From Methylophaga sp. (GTDB lineage Bacteria > Pseudomonadota > Gammaproteobacteria > Nitrosococcales > Methylophagaceae), in assembly GCA_026988435.1 (NCBI GenBank), contig JALSLH010000005.1, positions 22,831-86,830 on the forward strand: a stretch of DNA of 64,000 bases, read 5' to 3'. Position numbers and translations under genes: made by a program. Below the pieces are notes generated by a model. It had not been told where the DNA came from. It saw only the letters and a list, made by a program, of their open reading frames with translations, and made no database searches. Shown one piece after another: positions 27,719 to 37,564 of the stretch (positions are counted from its first letter, which is position 1; each line of letters starts with the position of its first letter).

Positions 27719-28761
27719 GAACACATAATAATTGCAGCGAGAGAGGTTACACTATCATTGAGCTGATGATAGCCCTCACAATAGGCTTGTTTTTAACAGC
27801 AGGTGCAGTGAAAATATTTACAAGCACAAAAAACACGAACCGTACACAAGAAAACCTTTCTAGAATGCAAGAAAACGCCCGTTTTGCTATGTATTTTTTG
27901 ACTGAAGAGTTGCGTGAAGTAGGTTTTGATGGTGGGGTCTGTGGAAACGGAGAAAGACTAGATCAAGCCTATAATAATTTAGATACTTCAAATGCCCAAT
28001 ATCAATTTAAGACTAGAGTATTGGCGGGACAGCCAGCCTTATACGCATCTTTATCGGGTGCTATTGGAGGGGCTGATAATACAGGTATAAATGGTTCCGA
28101 TAGTATTTCATTTAGGGCGCTTGGAGGGATGGGCCGAGGTGTGGCTTTGGTAGCCCCTTACCCTGTTAATAAATCAGATAATTTATCAATCAACCCAGCT
28201 GAGGCAGGTATATTTTCTGAAGGTGATATTGTTTTAGTTACAGACTGTTTAAATAGTGATATTTTTCAGATATCAAATAACCCTGCGGGAGGAACGTTAA
28301 GTCATGCTTCGGGTGGGACGTTGAACCCTAAGAATGGAGATAATAATCTAAGAGCAATTTACGGAGCAGGCGCTAGAATATATCACCTGTCTTCTGCTGC
28401 GGGCTTACTAGCAACAACGTATAGTATTACTAATAGTGTGGGTGTACCGGGCTTAACACTTAGTAGAGGTCTTGCTATAGATCAGTTGGTGCCGGATATT
28501 GAAAATATGCAAATTCTGTATGGGCAGCGTCAAGCTAGTGGAGCTCTATTTTATGTTCCTTCTAATACGGCAGGCTTAGATATGGAGCGAGTGATAAGCA
28601 TTAGAGTGAGTTTGCTAGTAAGAAGTCAGGATGATTTTGTTGCAACCAATCCTCAACCCTATTTTTATAATGGCATTGATGTGTCAGGAGCCGCTATTCC
28701 TGATCGTAGACTAAGAAAAATATATACATCCACCATTGCTGTACGAAACCGGCTTAATTAG
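27715..28761 (+). CDS. pilW: Type IV minor pilin PilW
   Basis: RGYTIIELMIALTIGLFLTAGAVKIF leader. Size (348 aa) and position fit PilW. Confidence 0.75.
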   Translation: MRTHNNCSERGYTIIELMIALTIGLFLTAGAVKIFTSTKNTNRTQENLSRMQENARFAMYFLTEELREVGFDGGVCGNGERLDQAYNNLDTSNAQYQFKTRVLAGQPALYASLSGAIGGADNTGINGSDSISFRALGGMGRGVALVAPYPVNKSDNLSINPAEAGIFSEGDIVLVTDCLNSDIFQISNNPAGGTLSHASGGTLNPKNGDNNLRAIYGAGARIYHLSSAAGLLATTYSITNSVGVPGLTLSRGLAIDQLVPDIENMQILYGQRQASGALFYVPSNTAGLDMERVISIRVSLLVRSQDDFVATNPQPYFYNGIDVSGAAIPDRRLRKIYTSTIAVRNRLN

Positions 28762-28776
28762 GCCAAGGTCATAAAA

Positions 28777-29187
28777 ATGAAGAAAAATAAAGGTTTTACG
28801 CTTATAGAATTAATGATTGTTATTGTAATCATTGGGATTTTAGCCGCCATTGCATACCCTAGCTATCAAGGGGCACTAAGAGATTCACGCCGCGGCGTTG
28901 CCCAAGCAGACTTGGTTGAATTGGCGGGGGCTATGGAGCGCTATTATACGACAAACAATTCATACATCGGAGGAGATGGTTTGGTTACGTCAGGAGACCC
29001 TCTTTTCCTGTTTAATGAATCACCCCAAGAGGGGGCCGCTAAATATTATGATCTAACAGCGGTTGTATCAGCGGCATCCTTTGCAATATCGGCGACGCCC
29101 AAAAATTCACAAGCGACAGATTATTGTGGCACGCTGGGATTAGAGAGCACAGATACAAAAATAGCGGCAGTTGCTGGTTGTTGGTAA
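28777..29187 (+). CDS. pilE: Type IV pilin, PilE-like minor pilin
   Basis: KGFTLIELMIVIVIIGILAAIAYPSYQGALRDSRR leader. A C-terminal disulfide loop runs from C..GTLGL to AGCW. It lies between pilW and pilX, which differs from the Pseudomonas order. Confidence 0.7.
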   Translation: MKKNKGFTLIELMIVIVIIGILAAIAYPSYQGALRDSRRGVAQADLVELAGAMERYYTTNNSYIGGDGLVTSGDPLFLFNESPQEGAAKYYDLTAVVSAASFAISATPKNSQATDYCGTLGLESTDTKIAAVAGCW

Positions 29188-29297
29188 AGAGTGAGATTAA
29201 TCACAGAAAAACAAGGCATCATAATTTAGTATAAAGGTAGAAATATTGAATGGGTGAACGAGTCAGTGTATAACTAACCCTCTGGGGATGAGGAATA

Positions 29298-29849
29298 ATG
29301 GGCAACACAGTGAAAGAGAACGGTTATTTTATTAATTATCGTCATAAGCAACAGGGTGTGGTGCTGGCTGTCGCTTTAATTATGTTGGTTTTAATCACAT
29401 TGTTAGGAATGAGTGCGATGCGCTCAACAATAATGGAAGAACGTATGGCAAGTAATAGTCGCAATGATAATATTGCTTTTCAATTGGCAGAAACAACGTT
29501 GCGCCAAGCAGAAGCCAATCTTTTAGCGGATCCTCAATCTACATCAATATTGTCTGCCTTAAGCCAATCTGTTGGCTTGGGAGCATGTGAAATAGCCTTA
29601 AATTCAGAAGACTTTACAGATCAGGCACGATGGAATGCTCTTGCCTGTAATTATGTCGGCACTGCTGATGCGGGAATAACGCGAGCAGCGCATTATTTTA
29701 TTGAGTTTGTGCGTGCTGAACCACCTGCTGTGCTGGGAACAAGCCCTCCTCGAAATTGCTATTATCGTGTGACTGCCAGAGGTTATGGGCCAGATATAAA
29801 TAGTGCAGTAACATTACAATCAACATATAAATTTAATGCGTGTAGTTAG
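29298..29849 (+). CDS. pilX: PilX-like minor pilin / pilus assembly protein
   Basis: QQGVVLAVALIMLVLITLLGMSAMRSTIMEERMASN is the PilX N-terminal domain pattern. Confidence 0.7.
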   Translation: MGNTVKENGYFINYRHKQQGVVLAVALIMLVLITLLGMSAMRSTIMEERMASNSRNDNIAFQLAETTLRQAEANLLADPQSTSILSALSQSVGLGACEIALNSEDFTDQARWNALACNYVGTADAGITRAAHYFIEFVRAEPPAVLGTSPPRNCYYRVTARGYGPDINSAVTLQSTYKFNACS

Positions 29850-29867
29850 GCGCAAGGTGTAAACATT

Positions 29868-32800
29868 ATGACTAGATTAGTTTTAAAAAATAAATTTTTA
29901 TCGCTAAAACAACAACTTCACCAATTGAAAGCCAGTGTTTTTCTGGTCACGGCAATGGTGTTTTCAAATAGTGTTATTGCTATCGATATAGCCCAAAGCC
30001 CTTTATTTATAGATCATTCAGCCACGCCGAACATTATGTTTATACTAGATGATTCCGGTTCAATGGATTTTGATATTCTCGCCGTGCCGCACTGGCGCGC
30101 GCAAAATTATGACCATGATGTTATGCGCTATTGGGCACAAGGCGGTTGGCTGGGCTGGTCAGACACGCCTACGGGTAAAATTACAGATGCTACATGGCGC
30201 TCTTATACCGGTTATTGTAATGACAGAAATGCAGATGGTATTTGCTATAACGAGCTATATCTGAACAATGATAATGATCGAGATGATAATGAAAAAACAT
30301 TGATTGCACCGGTCGTGGCTAATGATGATTGGGCTTTAGTATTACAACATTGGTATTTTTGGGAGTATCCTAAAGGCTATTGTCAAATGCCAAGTGGCGG
30401 GCCATCGTTGCCAGATGCCGGTGATTGGTTACCCAGTCTAGATAAGGTTTTTACCTTTTTAACAGGTTCAAAGCAAGCTTATGCACATTCGGGTGATTTT
30501 GGCCCGAGTAGCAGTCCTTATCAATGGAAAGCAACAAGCAACAATCCAAACGCACAAAACACAGGTGGTGCAGGCGCATATAGACAAGAAGTATGGCAAG
30601 ATAAAGGCCCGGAGCGCAACACATGGGATGTTGATAATGAATATTACAATAATGCAACACCTAAGACGACATGTGAAGGCAATGGCGGCACCTGGAAAAG
30701 GGATACAAGTTACAATTATAGAGTACTTCATCATGGGAAATATTCATACGGTGGTGTAACTACCCACTCAGATTGGGATGATGATTGGGATAGTCCTGCA
30801 CCGGTAATTAATCCTCTTACGGGCGTAATAACAGCAAATGGCCCACTTAATAGCAACACCGGTGATTACCACTATGAATACAAAGTAAACTATACGACAG
30901 CCACAACAGGTAGAGACCGTTTTGATATTAATGGTGACGGAGTAGGTAACGATATCTATTACCAAGAGAAGGATGTTCAGAGCGATAGGGTTGTTAATTA
31001 TCGTTATATTCAACATTTAACGGATAATACCTATCCTCGTGCGGACTGGCATGCCTGTGGTAATACCAGCAACACCAACTATTGGATGGCAACCAATGCC
31101 TGTGCACCATTAAATAGCACAATGCCGGGCAATTATCCTGTGGCATCGCCTAACAGCCCGATAGATAATCCAAGCAATAAAGTTGCACAAAGTTTTTATA
31201 ATAAAGGTAAGACAGATTTTGTACAGCTAGGTAACCCTGCAATCGTTCCTAGGTATATCCGCTCACTGGATTGGGTGGGGTCACCCCGCACCCCTAATTC
31301 GGATGTGTTGATGCCGCCTTGGGCTGCTAGTACAAAACATGCGATGAGCAAACATGATCCTTTCCCATTAGTCGTTGATTGGCGTGTACGTTCAGCAGAT
31401 TTCAATGTGATGTATTATCGCCCGGATAGTAAATATGAAGTGTGGGCAGATATTACAGAGGTGTTACCATTAGGCTGTCCCAATAAATTTTATTGTGCAC
31501 GTAGTAATCCGCAACCAGGCACGGCAGGCTATACCTTAATGGAAAATCTAGCCCGACCTAGAGTTGAATATGGTGCGGCAGGCGTCGCTCCAGTCAATGT
31601 TCAGGCTGGCTTTGTTTATGAGGTCTGGGTGGATGATGCGGGTCATTTGCCATCACGCACTAGACCAGAATGGATTTTAGGAGATACTAATTGTGGTTCA
31701 ACGGGTGGTTATACCATCACTGCAGCAGATGTTGCTGCCAGTTTTGGCGGCGCAGGCGTGGTGGATCCTGCGACAGGTATAACTTATAGCGCTGGTGAAC
31801 ATATTTGCTTTAGTTATTTAAATAAAGATCCAAGTGGTAATGCCGGTGATGGCGAGGTTGATTTATGGGATTCACACTACCGGGTTGAAGTGCGTGATGC
31901 GGATATTGTTGTACAAAAAGTGCGCCGTACACCACACTTAAAAGGTGAGTCATTATATAGTGCAACAGCCCCAGGCGGTACACCACCTGTTTATACGGTT
32001 GGCTCACACAATTATTGGTCAGGACCTGCTGGTTATGCGGCGATGAGAGTAGCAATGTCAGATACGCGGGTGTTAAGCACAACGACATATACTCCGGCAA
32101 ATTACGCAACGTATTCTTCTAGCGCCTTATGTTTGAAATTATTAGGCGAAGACTCAGCTAACCCGGGTAACTGTCGAACGCTTGCTCAGGTTAAAGAAAA
32201 TGCGGCCAACTGGTATCAATATAGCCGCAAACGTTCATTTGTTGCTAAAGGTGCAATAGGCTTATTGATGGCAGAAATCCCTGATGTAAACTATGGCTTA
32301 ATGGGTACCAAAAAGCATAACAGTGATAATATTTCCTCTTTATTCAGAGATGTATTCGATGGTAATGGGTCTGGTAATGGTGATGCTGATAGAAACACAC
32401 ATAATGATAATATTCGAAGCGCACTATATAGCTATGTTTGGCCTGCTACAGGAACGCCTTTACGTCGTGCATTAGAGCGTGCAGGTGAATACTTTGCTGG
32501 TCGTGGCCCTAATTTGGGCGCAGGTGTAAACAATCACTCTATTAGCCCGATTATTGAAAGTTGTCAGAAAAACTATGCCATTATGTTAACTGACGGTTAT
32601 TGGAATGGAAGCGATCCAATCGGGGTGACGAATGAAGATGGTGATGCCTTTGGCGCGGCTTATAACGGCACCTTAGCCGATGTGGCGAAAAAGTATTATG
32701 ATGAAGATCTTCGCCCTCTTTTACCTAATGAAGTGCCAACAGATGATGCCTTTGATACCAATAACCAGCAACATTTAACAACGATAGGCATTGGCTTTGG

Positions 32801-35225
32801 TGTTTCAGGTTCACTAGTGGATGATCCTGATCCGTCAACGGCCCCGGCTGAAGATGGCTGGCCTGGCAACCCTGATGCATCAGGTGCCTCTGTGTTGACC
32901 GAAACTTCAACATGGGGAGGCGATCCAAAACCCAATTCAAATGCGGCCTTTAAAATCGATGATTTATGGCATGCTGCATATAATAGCCGAGGCAGATATT
33001 ATAAAGCTGATAACCCGGACGAATTAATTTTACAATTAAAAGCGGCCATCCTTACTGCACTAGCAGCATCAGGTTCAGCAAGTGCATTAACAGCGAATGC
33101 GAGCGTGTTAACGGGCACAACGCGGGTGTATCAAACGCTTTTCAAAAGTGATGAGTGGTCAGGCGAGGTTAAGGCTTATAGTTTGACGGCTTCTGGTTTA
33201 ATTAATTCGACGCCAATATGGACAGCTGAAAACCAGATAGCAGCTCCAGGGGCTCGGAAAATCTTTACTTTAGATGCTAGTGGCGCAGGCGCCTCGTTTA
33301 GCTGGGCTGCATTGAGCCCTAGTCAGCAGCTTTTGCTTAGAAAACGCTGGGTACCAAATGTGCTAGAAAATGTAGCCTTTGGTCAAGCTCAGTTAGATTA
33401 TATACGTGGCCAAAGCGATGCTCAGTTTAGAGACCGAGCAGGTAAGAAACTAGGCGATATTGTTCATAGTGAGCCATTATATGTCGCTGAACCTAATCAA
33501 CTCTATCCTGATTCATGGGAAGCGGTTAATTATAGTACCTTCAGATCGGCGAACAGTGGTCGAACACCTATGATATATGTAGGTGCAAACGATGGAATGA
33601 TGCACGCTTTTGATGCCACAACGGGCGCTGAAAAGTATGCTTATATTCCAAGCGTTTTATTGCCAGACTTGAATGCGTTAAGCCATAAACCAAGTCCTGG
33701 CCAAGACTTTGTCCATCGCTATTATGTGGATGATACGCCAGTGAGCGGGGATGTGTTCTTTTCAGGTGCGTGGCATACCGTACTGGTTGGTGGCCTTCGG
33801 GCGGGTGGCAAAGGCATTTATGCTTTAGATATAACAACGGTTCCTGGTGGCGCTTCAGAAACGACAATTGCTGGCAATAAAGCATTATGGGAGTTTACTA
33901 CAGCCAACGATGTTGATATGGGTTACAGTTTTAGTCGCCCTAGTATTGTCAAATTAAATAATGGTGATTGGGGAGCAGTATTTGGTAACGGATATAATAG
34001 TGCTAACCATACTGCTGTGCTTTATATTGTTGATATTGAAGATGGATCCATTATTAAGAAATTTGAAATGGGAATAGGTAATAGTACTAATTCAAATGGG
34101 TTGTCAACGCCAACACTTGCAGACACGAATGGCGATATGATTGCTGATCGGGTATATGCTGGTGATTTATTAGGTAACGTTTGGACGATAGATATCAGCG
34201 ATGCAAATGAAGCGAACTGGAAGTTTAGTTATGACACACTTGCGGTATCGAATACTGCAGCGGCTAAAACACCGTTGTTTACGGCATCAGATGGTTCGGG
34301 TGGAGTACAAGCTATAACGGCTCCAATTGCGCTGAGTCGTCATCCTTATGGGCCGCTTGCAGGTTATCTCTTAAACTTTGGTACAGGTAAGTATGTAGGC
34401 TCGACAGATAACAGTGATACGGGCCAAACAACGCAATCAATGTATGGTATTTGGGATTACGGTGTTGCTGGTGTTACTAGGGGAGATTTACTTGAACAAA
34501 TTATAGAGTCTGATATATCTGCTTCGGGCATAGAAGTACGAGTGACATCTGCAAATGGACCGGTGAATTGGTTAAATGCAGGCCATAATGTGGGTGATGT
34601 TGGCTGGGAAGGTCAGGTTAATCAAAAAGGTTGGAGAATGGATTTAGTTGATACTAGTGCTGCTGGTACACCGCCACCTAATCATGGGGAACGCATTATT
34701 TCGAAAATGGTCATTATTGATGGAGCCATTATTTTCTCCACTCTATTACCGGCATCAGATCCATGTGATGGCGGGGGCAGTGGTTACACGATGGCATTAA
34801 TTGCGGCAACAGGCTCTCGCTTTGCGGCATCGCCGTTTGATATTAATGGTGACGGTTTATTTTCTACGGCTGATTTTGCTGATATTGACAATGATGGGAC
34901 TGCAGATACGGCGATTAGTGGGGTAAAATCGACAGCAGGTATTCCAAGTGTTCCGCTAATATTATATAAACCAGGAGGCGGAATGGTATCTATTTCAGAT
35001 CATAGTTCTGGTGGCCTAGTTATGGCAGGGCCCTCAACGGCAGGGACGGCAACATGTGTCGTTAGCGGAGGAACGGGATCTTGTACGGTTATACCAGGGC
35101 CGCCACCGACATGTACGATGGTGGGGACTGGAACCTGTACTGTAACCGGGACGATACCAGATGGAACAGGTCCCTTAAATGGTCTTTCAAGTAAGGGCCG
35201 TCAAAGCTGGAGGCAGTTGGAGTAA
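29868..35225 (+). CDS. pilY1: PilY1-family tip adhesin, unusually large (1785 aa), with a split vWA domain and C-terminal beta-propeller
   Basis: MIDAS DxSxS (MFILDDSGSMD, residues 57-67). The remaining vWA elements (TGTPLRRALERAGEYF, NYAIMLTDGYWNG) appear only about 800 residues later. The PilY1 C-terminal propeller carries a Ca-binding loop, DTNGDMIADRVYAGD. The terminal motif is RQSWRQLE. Confidence 0.85.
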   Translation: MTRLVLKNKFLSLKQQLHQLKASVFLVTAMVFSNSVIAIDIAQSPLFIDHSATPNIMFILDDSGSMDFDILAVPHWRAQNYDHDVMRYWAQGGWLGWSDTPTGKITDATWRSYTGYCNDRNADGICYNELYLNNDNDRDDNEKTLIAPVVANDDWALVLQHWYFWEYPKGYCQMPSGGPSLPDAGDWLPSLDKVFTFLTGSKQAYAHSGDFGPSSSPYQWKATSNNPNAQNTGGAGAYRQEVWQDKGPERNTWDVDNEYYNNATPKTTCEGNGGTWKRDTSYNYRVLHHGKYSYGGVTTHSDWDDDWDSPAPVINPLTGVITANGPLNSNTGDYHYEYKVNYTTATTGRDRFDINGDGVGNDIYYQEKDVQSDRVVNYRYIQHLTDNTYPRADWHACGNTSNTNYWMATNACAPLNSTMPGNYPVASPNSPIDNPSNKVAQSFYNKGKTDFVQLGNPAIVPRYIRSLDWVGSPRTPNSDVLMPPWAASTKHAMSKHDPFPLVVDWRVRSADFNVMYYRPDSKYEVWADITEVLPLGCPNKFYCARSNPQPGTAGYTLMENLARPRVEYGAAGVAPVNVQAGFVYEVWVDDAGHLPSRTRPEWILGDTNCGSTGGYTITAADVAASFGGAGVVDPATGITYSAGEHICFSYLNKDPSGNAGDGEVDLWDSHYRVEVRDADIVVQKVRRTPHLKGESLYSATAPGGTPPVYTVGSHNYWSGPAGYAAMRVAMSDTRVLSTTTYTPANYATYSSSALCLKLLGEDSANPGNCRTLAQVKENAANWYQYSRKRSFVAKGAIGLLMAEIPDVNYGLMGTKKHNSDNISSLFRDVFDGNGSGNGDADRNTHNDNIRSALYSYVWPATGTPLRRALERAGEYFAGRGPNLGAGVNNHSISPIIESCQKNYAIMLTDGYWNGSDPIGVTNEDGDAFGAAYNGTLADVAKKYYDEDLRPLLPNEVPTDDAFDTNNQQHLTTIGIGFGVSGSLVDDPDPSTAPAEDGWPGNPDASGASVLTETSTWGGDPKPNSNAAFKIDDLWHAAYNSRGRYYKADNPDELILQLKAAILTALAASGSASALTANASVLTGTTRVYQTLFKSDEWSGEVKAYSLTASGLINSTPIWTAENQIAAPGARKIFTLDASGAGASFSWAALSPSQQLLLRKRWVPNVLENVAFGQAQLDYIRGQSDAQFRDRAGKKLGDIVHSEPLYVAEPNQLYPDSWEAVNYSTFRSANSGRTPMIYVGANDGMMHAFDATTGAEKYAYIPSVLLPDLNALSHKPSPGQDFVHRYYVDDTPVSGDVFFSGAWHTVLVGGLRAGGKGIYALDITTVPGGASETTIAGNKALWEFTTANDVDMGYSFSRPSIVKLNNGDWGAVFGNGYNSANHTAVLYIVDIEDGSIIKKFEMGIGNSTNSNGLSTPTLADTNGDMIADRVYAGDLLGNVWTIDISDANEANWKFSYDTLAVSNTAAAKTPLFTASDGSGGVQAITAPIALSRHPYGPLAGYLLNFGTGKYVGSTDNSDTGQTTQSMYGIWDYGVAGVTRGDLLEQIIESDISASGIEVRVTSANGPVNWLNAGHNVGDVGWEGQVNQKGWRMDLVDTSAAGTPPPNHGERIISKMVIIDGAIIFSTLLPASDPCDGGGSGYTMALIAATGSRFAASPFDINGDGLFSTADFADIDNDGTADTAISGVKSTAGIPSVPLILYKPGGGMVSISDHSSGGLVMAGPSTAGTATCVVSGGTGSCTVIPGPPPTCTMVGTGTCTVTGTIPDGTGPLNGLSSKGRQSWRQLE

Positions 35226-35297
35226 AATTAAAAATTAAGCAGTGGGGATATTCTTCTTCACTGCTTGGTTGATTTCATTATTACGAGAAATATCATT

Positions 35298-35543
35298 ATG
35301 GAAATTCCAGGAATTGCACCGTTAAGCGGGCAGCCCACATTGACTAACCCTTTAAGTCGGGAAAGGTTATTGGAAGGGCGGGTTACTATTTCTCAGGGAC
35401 TTGAAACGCATAATACTGAGGTGATGCGTGAGCAACCATCGACAAGCGTAAAGAGTGCTGAAGTTGTTGATCATGTCTCTGATAGCGCATCGACAGCTTT
35501 TGAAGCGAATCATTTTAGTCGCTCAGTCGATATAACTGTTTAA
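35298..35543 (+). CDS. Hypothetical small protein downstream of pilY1
   Basis: ORF track gives 35265..35543; I prefer the ATG at 35298 (MEIPGIAPLSG...). It has no recognisable motif and a Ser/Thr-rich composition. Confidence 0.35.
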   Translation: MEIPGIAPLSGQPTLTNPLSRERLLEGRVTISQGLETHNTEVMREQPSTSVKSAEVVDHVSDSASTAFEANHFSRSVDITV

Positions 35544-35562
35544 CTAAAGGATTGATTGATAC

Positions 35563-35907
35563 ATGACAGCACCGATTATTTCAGATGACCCTCTTTATCG
35601 CTTGTTGCGAGAAGGTAAAATGGATGAGTTTAATCAGCGTATCGCTGCTGGTGAAACGGCTGATTTAACATCCTGTGATTTTCGTCATATTAATTTGCAG
35701 GGTATAAATGCTAAAGGTTTAGACTTTTCTAATAGTTATTTTAGGCAAGCAGACTTGCGCGGCGTTGATTTTACTGTTTGTGCAAATTTCAATGGCACTA
35801 GTATCCATGGCGCCAAAATTTCGGGCACCTATTTCCCCGCTGAACTTCGCGCTGAAGAGCTATTGTTATCATTGAATAATGGTACGCGACTTCGTTACGG
35901 CGCCTAA
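35563..35907 (+). CDS. Pentapeptide-repeat protein
   Basis: Tandem A(D/N)LXX-type pentapeptides: CDFRHINLQGINAKGLDFSNSYFRQADLRGVDFTVCANFNGTSIHGAKISGTYF. Confidence 0.8.
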   Translation: MTAPIISDDPLYRLLREGKMDEFNQRIAAGETADLTSCDFRHINLQGINAKGLDFSNSYFRQADLRGVDFTVCANFNGTSIHGAKISGTYFPAELRAEELLLSLNNGTRLRYGA

Positions 35908-35924
35908 TGAACTAAAAGCTTATT

Positions 35925-36009
35925 GTGTTGGAGCGGCTTCAGCCGCGAACAGCCAAAAACCAACAAAATGGTTTCTTGCATCTTTTCGCGGCTGAAGCCG
36001 CTCCCACAC
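35925..36009. repeat. Inverted pair of REP-like units
   Basis: gtgttggagcggcttcagccgcgaa (35925-35949) is the reverse complement of ttcgcggctgaagccgctcccacac (35985-36009). Confidence 0.8.
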
Positions 36010-36044
36010 CTATTTTTACTACTCAATCTGCTTGAAAATTATTC

Positions 36045-36079
36045 TGTCATTCCGGCTAAAAAAATTACCGGAATGACGA
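36045..36079. repeat. ccggaatgacg hairpin module
   Basis: tgtcattccggctaaaaaaattaccggaatgacg. The same module type occurs at 5263-5287, 23170-23200, 37565-37594, 57501-57530 and 60491-60519. Confidence 0.75.
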
Positions 36080-36108
36080 AGATCTTTTACTACCCGTTTT
36101 CTGCAATA

Positions 36109-36852
36109 TTAATTTACGGAAGCCCTATCAGGCAAAAACCGTGCACTAAATAATCCCAATTCAAATAGCAGCCAAACCGGCAGTGCTAACAACGTTTGTG
36201 AAATGATATCAGGGGGTGTGAGTAACATGCCCAATACAAATGCGCCTACGATGATGTAAGGCCGCTTCTCAGCCAAGCTTTCAACTGTTGATACGCCCGT
36301 CCAGATTAATAAAAGCGTCGCAATGGGCACTTCAAATGCCAAGCCAAAAGCAAAAAATAGCTTTAACACAAAATCTAAATAGCTACTTATATCCGTCATA
36401 ATAGCCACGCCTTCAGGTGCGGCTTGGGTGAAGAAGCCGAACACGAGTGGGAATACCACAAAATAAGCAAAAACAATCCCTAAAAAGAACAATAATGTGC
36501 TGGCAAATAATAGTGGAAAAACTAATTTTCGTTCGTTGTCATACAAACCGGGGGCGATAAAAGCCCAGAGCTGATAAAGCAAAACAGGAATGGCTAATAA
36601 AACGGAGATACTTAGGGTGAGTTTAAAAGGAATTAAAAATGGCGAGGCCACTTCAGTTGCGATCATGGTGCTTGATTCGGGTAAGTGGCGCAAAAGTGGC
36701 TCTGCTAGAAAGTGATATAAGTCATTTGAAAATGGTAGTAAACACGCGGCAATAATAGCGACGGCTAAAAGCCCTCGCAACAGGCGATCACGGAGCTCGA
36801 TCAGGTGTGAAATTAAGGGTTGCTGATTATCGGTCGTCATTGTTCTTTTCAA
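36109..36852 (-). CDS. tatC: Twin-arginine translocase subunit TatC
   Basis: 6-TM protein. The N-terminus [20 protein letters not shown] is the TatC signature. The start is 36852 or 36840. Confidence 0.95.
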   Translation of the reverse strand: MKRTMTTDNQQPLISHLIELRDRLLRGLLAVAIIAACLLPFSNDLYHFLAEPLLRHLPESSTMIATEVASPFLIPFKLTLSISVLLAIPVLLYQLWAFIAPGLYDNERKLVFPLLFASTLLFFLGIVFAYFVVFPLVFGFFTQAAPEGVAIMTDISSYLDFVLKLFFAFGLAFEVPIATLLLIWTGVSTVESLAEKRPYIIVGAFVLGMLLTPPDIISQTLLALPVWLLFELGLFSARFLPDRASVN

Positions 36853-37156
36853 TGGGGTCAGACTCGACGGGTTTTTTGAGTGTGTCTTCTGTAGAACTTT
36901 CTTTTAATGATGGAGATGCTATCGAATTTTCTCCCGTTGTAAGCCCATCCAAATCAACTGTTTTATTCAAAGCTTGTTTGAGTTCCTCAGCACGCAATTC
37001 TTGAGATATTTCATTTCGAATAGATTGTATCGAAGAATTGGCGCGGCCAATCCACAAGCCGGTTACACGTACTAGTTTAGGCAGGCGTTCGGGCCCGACC
37101 ACAACTAGGGCCACGACGGCAATTAAGAACAGCTCCCAGAAACCGATATCAAACAT
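36827..37156 (-). CDS. tatB: Twin-arginine translocase subunit TatB
   Basis: [30 protein letters not shown] is the canonical TatB N-terminus. The C-terminal residues ESDPIEK are encoded by a half copy of the palindromic element found in hisI. Confidence 0.9.
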   Translation of the reverse strand: MFDIGFWELFLIAVVALVVVGPERLPKLVRVTGLWIGRANSSIQSIRNEISQELRAEELKQALNKTVDLDGLTTGENSIASPSLKESSTEDTLKKPVESDPIEKNNDDR

Positions 37157-37220
37157 GGTTTATAGTATTCCCGAATGCCTAAATAATATTTCGTTACTCC
37201 CGTAGCTAGTTAACGAGAGC

Positions 37221-37255
37221 CTAGAGATCCTCGATAAAAGATCTCGAGGATGACG
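37221..37255. repeat. Palindromic module between tatA and tatB
   Basis: ctagagatcctcgataaaagatctcgaggatgacg. It expands the normally short tatA-tatB spacer to 160 nt. Confidence 0.75.
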
Positions 37256-37316
37256 CTGAATTATAAGAGCATGATTAAATAAATTTAAGCTTGTCATATT
37301 TTTCAATGAAAATAGC

Positions 37317-37538
37317 TTAACTTGAATGTTTATCTTTTTCATTTTCTACGCTGCGATTGATGACGTCATCATCGTCAGAGTTGCCATCAATCTCACCCTC
37401 GCGCATAGATTGTTTAAAGTTTTTAATGGCACTGCCAACATCACCGCCTAGTGAGCGTAATTTTTTTGTGCCAAATAATAAAATAATAATGGCTAAGACA
37501 ATTAATAATTGCCAGATGCTTATTCCACCGAATCCCAT
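37317..37538 (-). CDS. tatA: Twin-arginine translocase subunit TatA
   Basis: [45 protein letters not shown]. Confidence 0.95.
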   Translation of the reverse strand: MGFGGISIWQLLIVLAIIILLFGTKKLRSLGGDVGSAIKNFKQSMREGEIDGNSDDDDVINRSVENEKDKHSS

Positions 37539-37564
37539 AACTTTCTCCTAATAATTCAAAGCTA

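Noticed and set aside
30451-31016. Several 69-92-aa ORFs on both strands inside pilY1
   Set aside because: They are embedded in the single long pilY1 frame and are Cys/Ile-rich nonsense translations. They are by-products of the local codon composition.
35923-36153. 76-aa + strand ORF after the pentapeptide gene
   Set aside because: It runs through the inverted REP pair and the ccggaat hairpin and overlaps the tatC 3' end. It is a repeat-derived open frame.
37160-37342. 60-aa minus-strand ORF between tatA and tatB
   Set aside because: It is made up almost entirely of the palindromic repeat module and overlaps the tatA 3' end. There is no RBS. It is more simply explained as a repeat insertion in the spacer.
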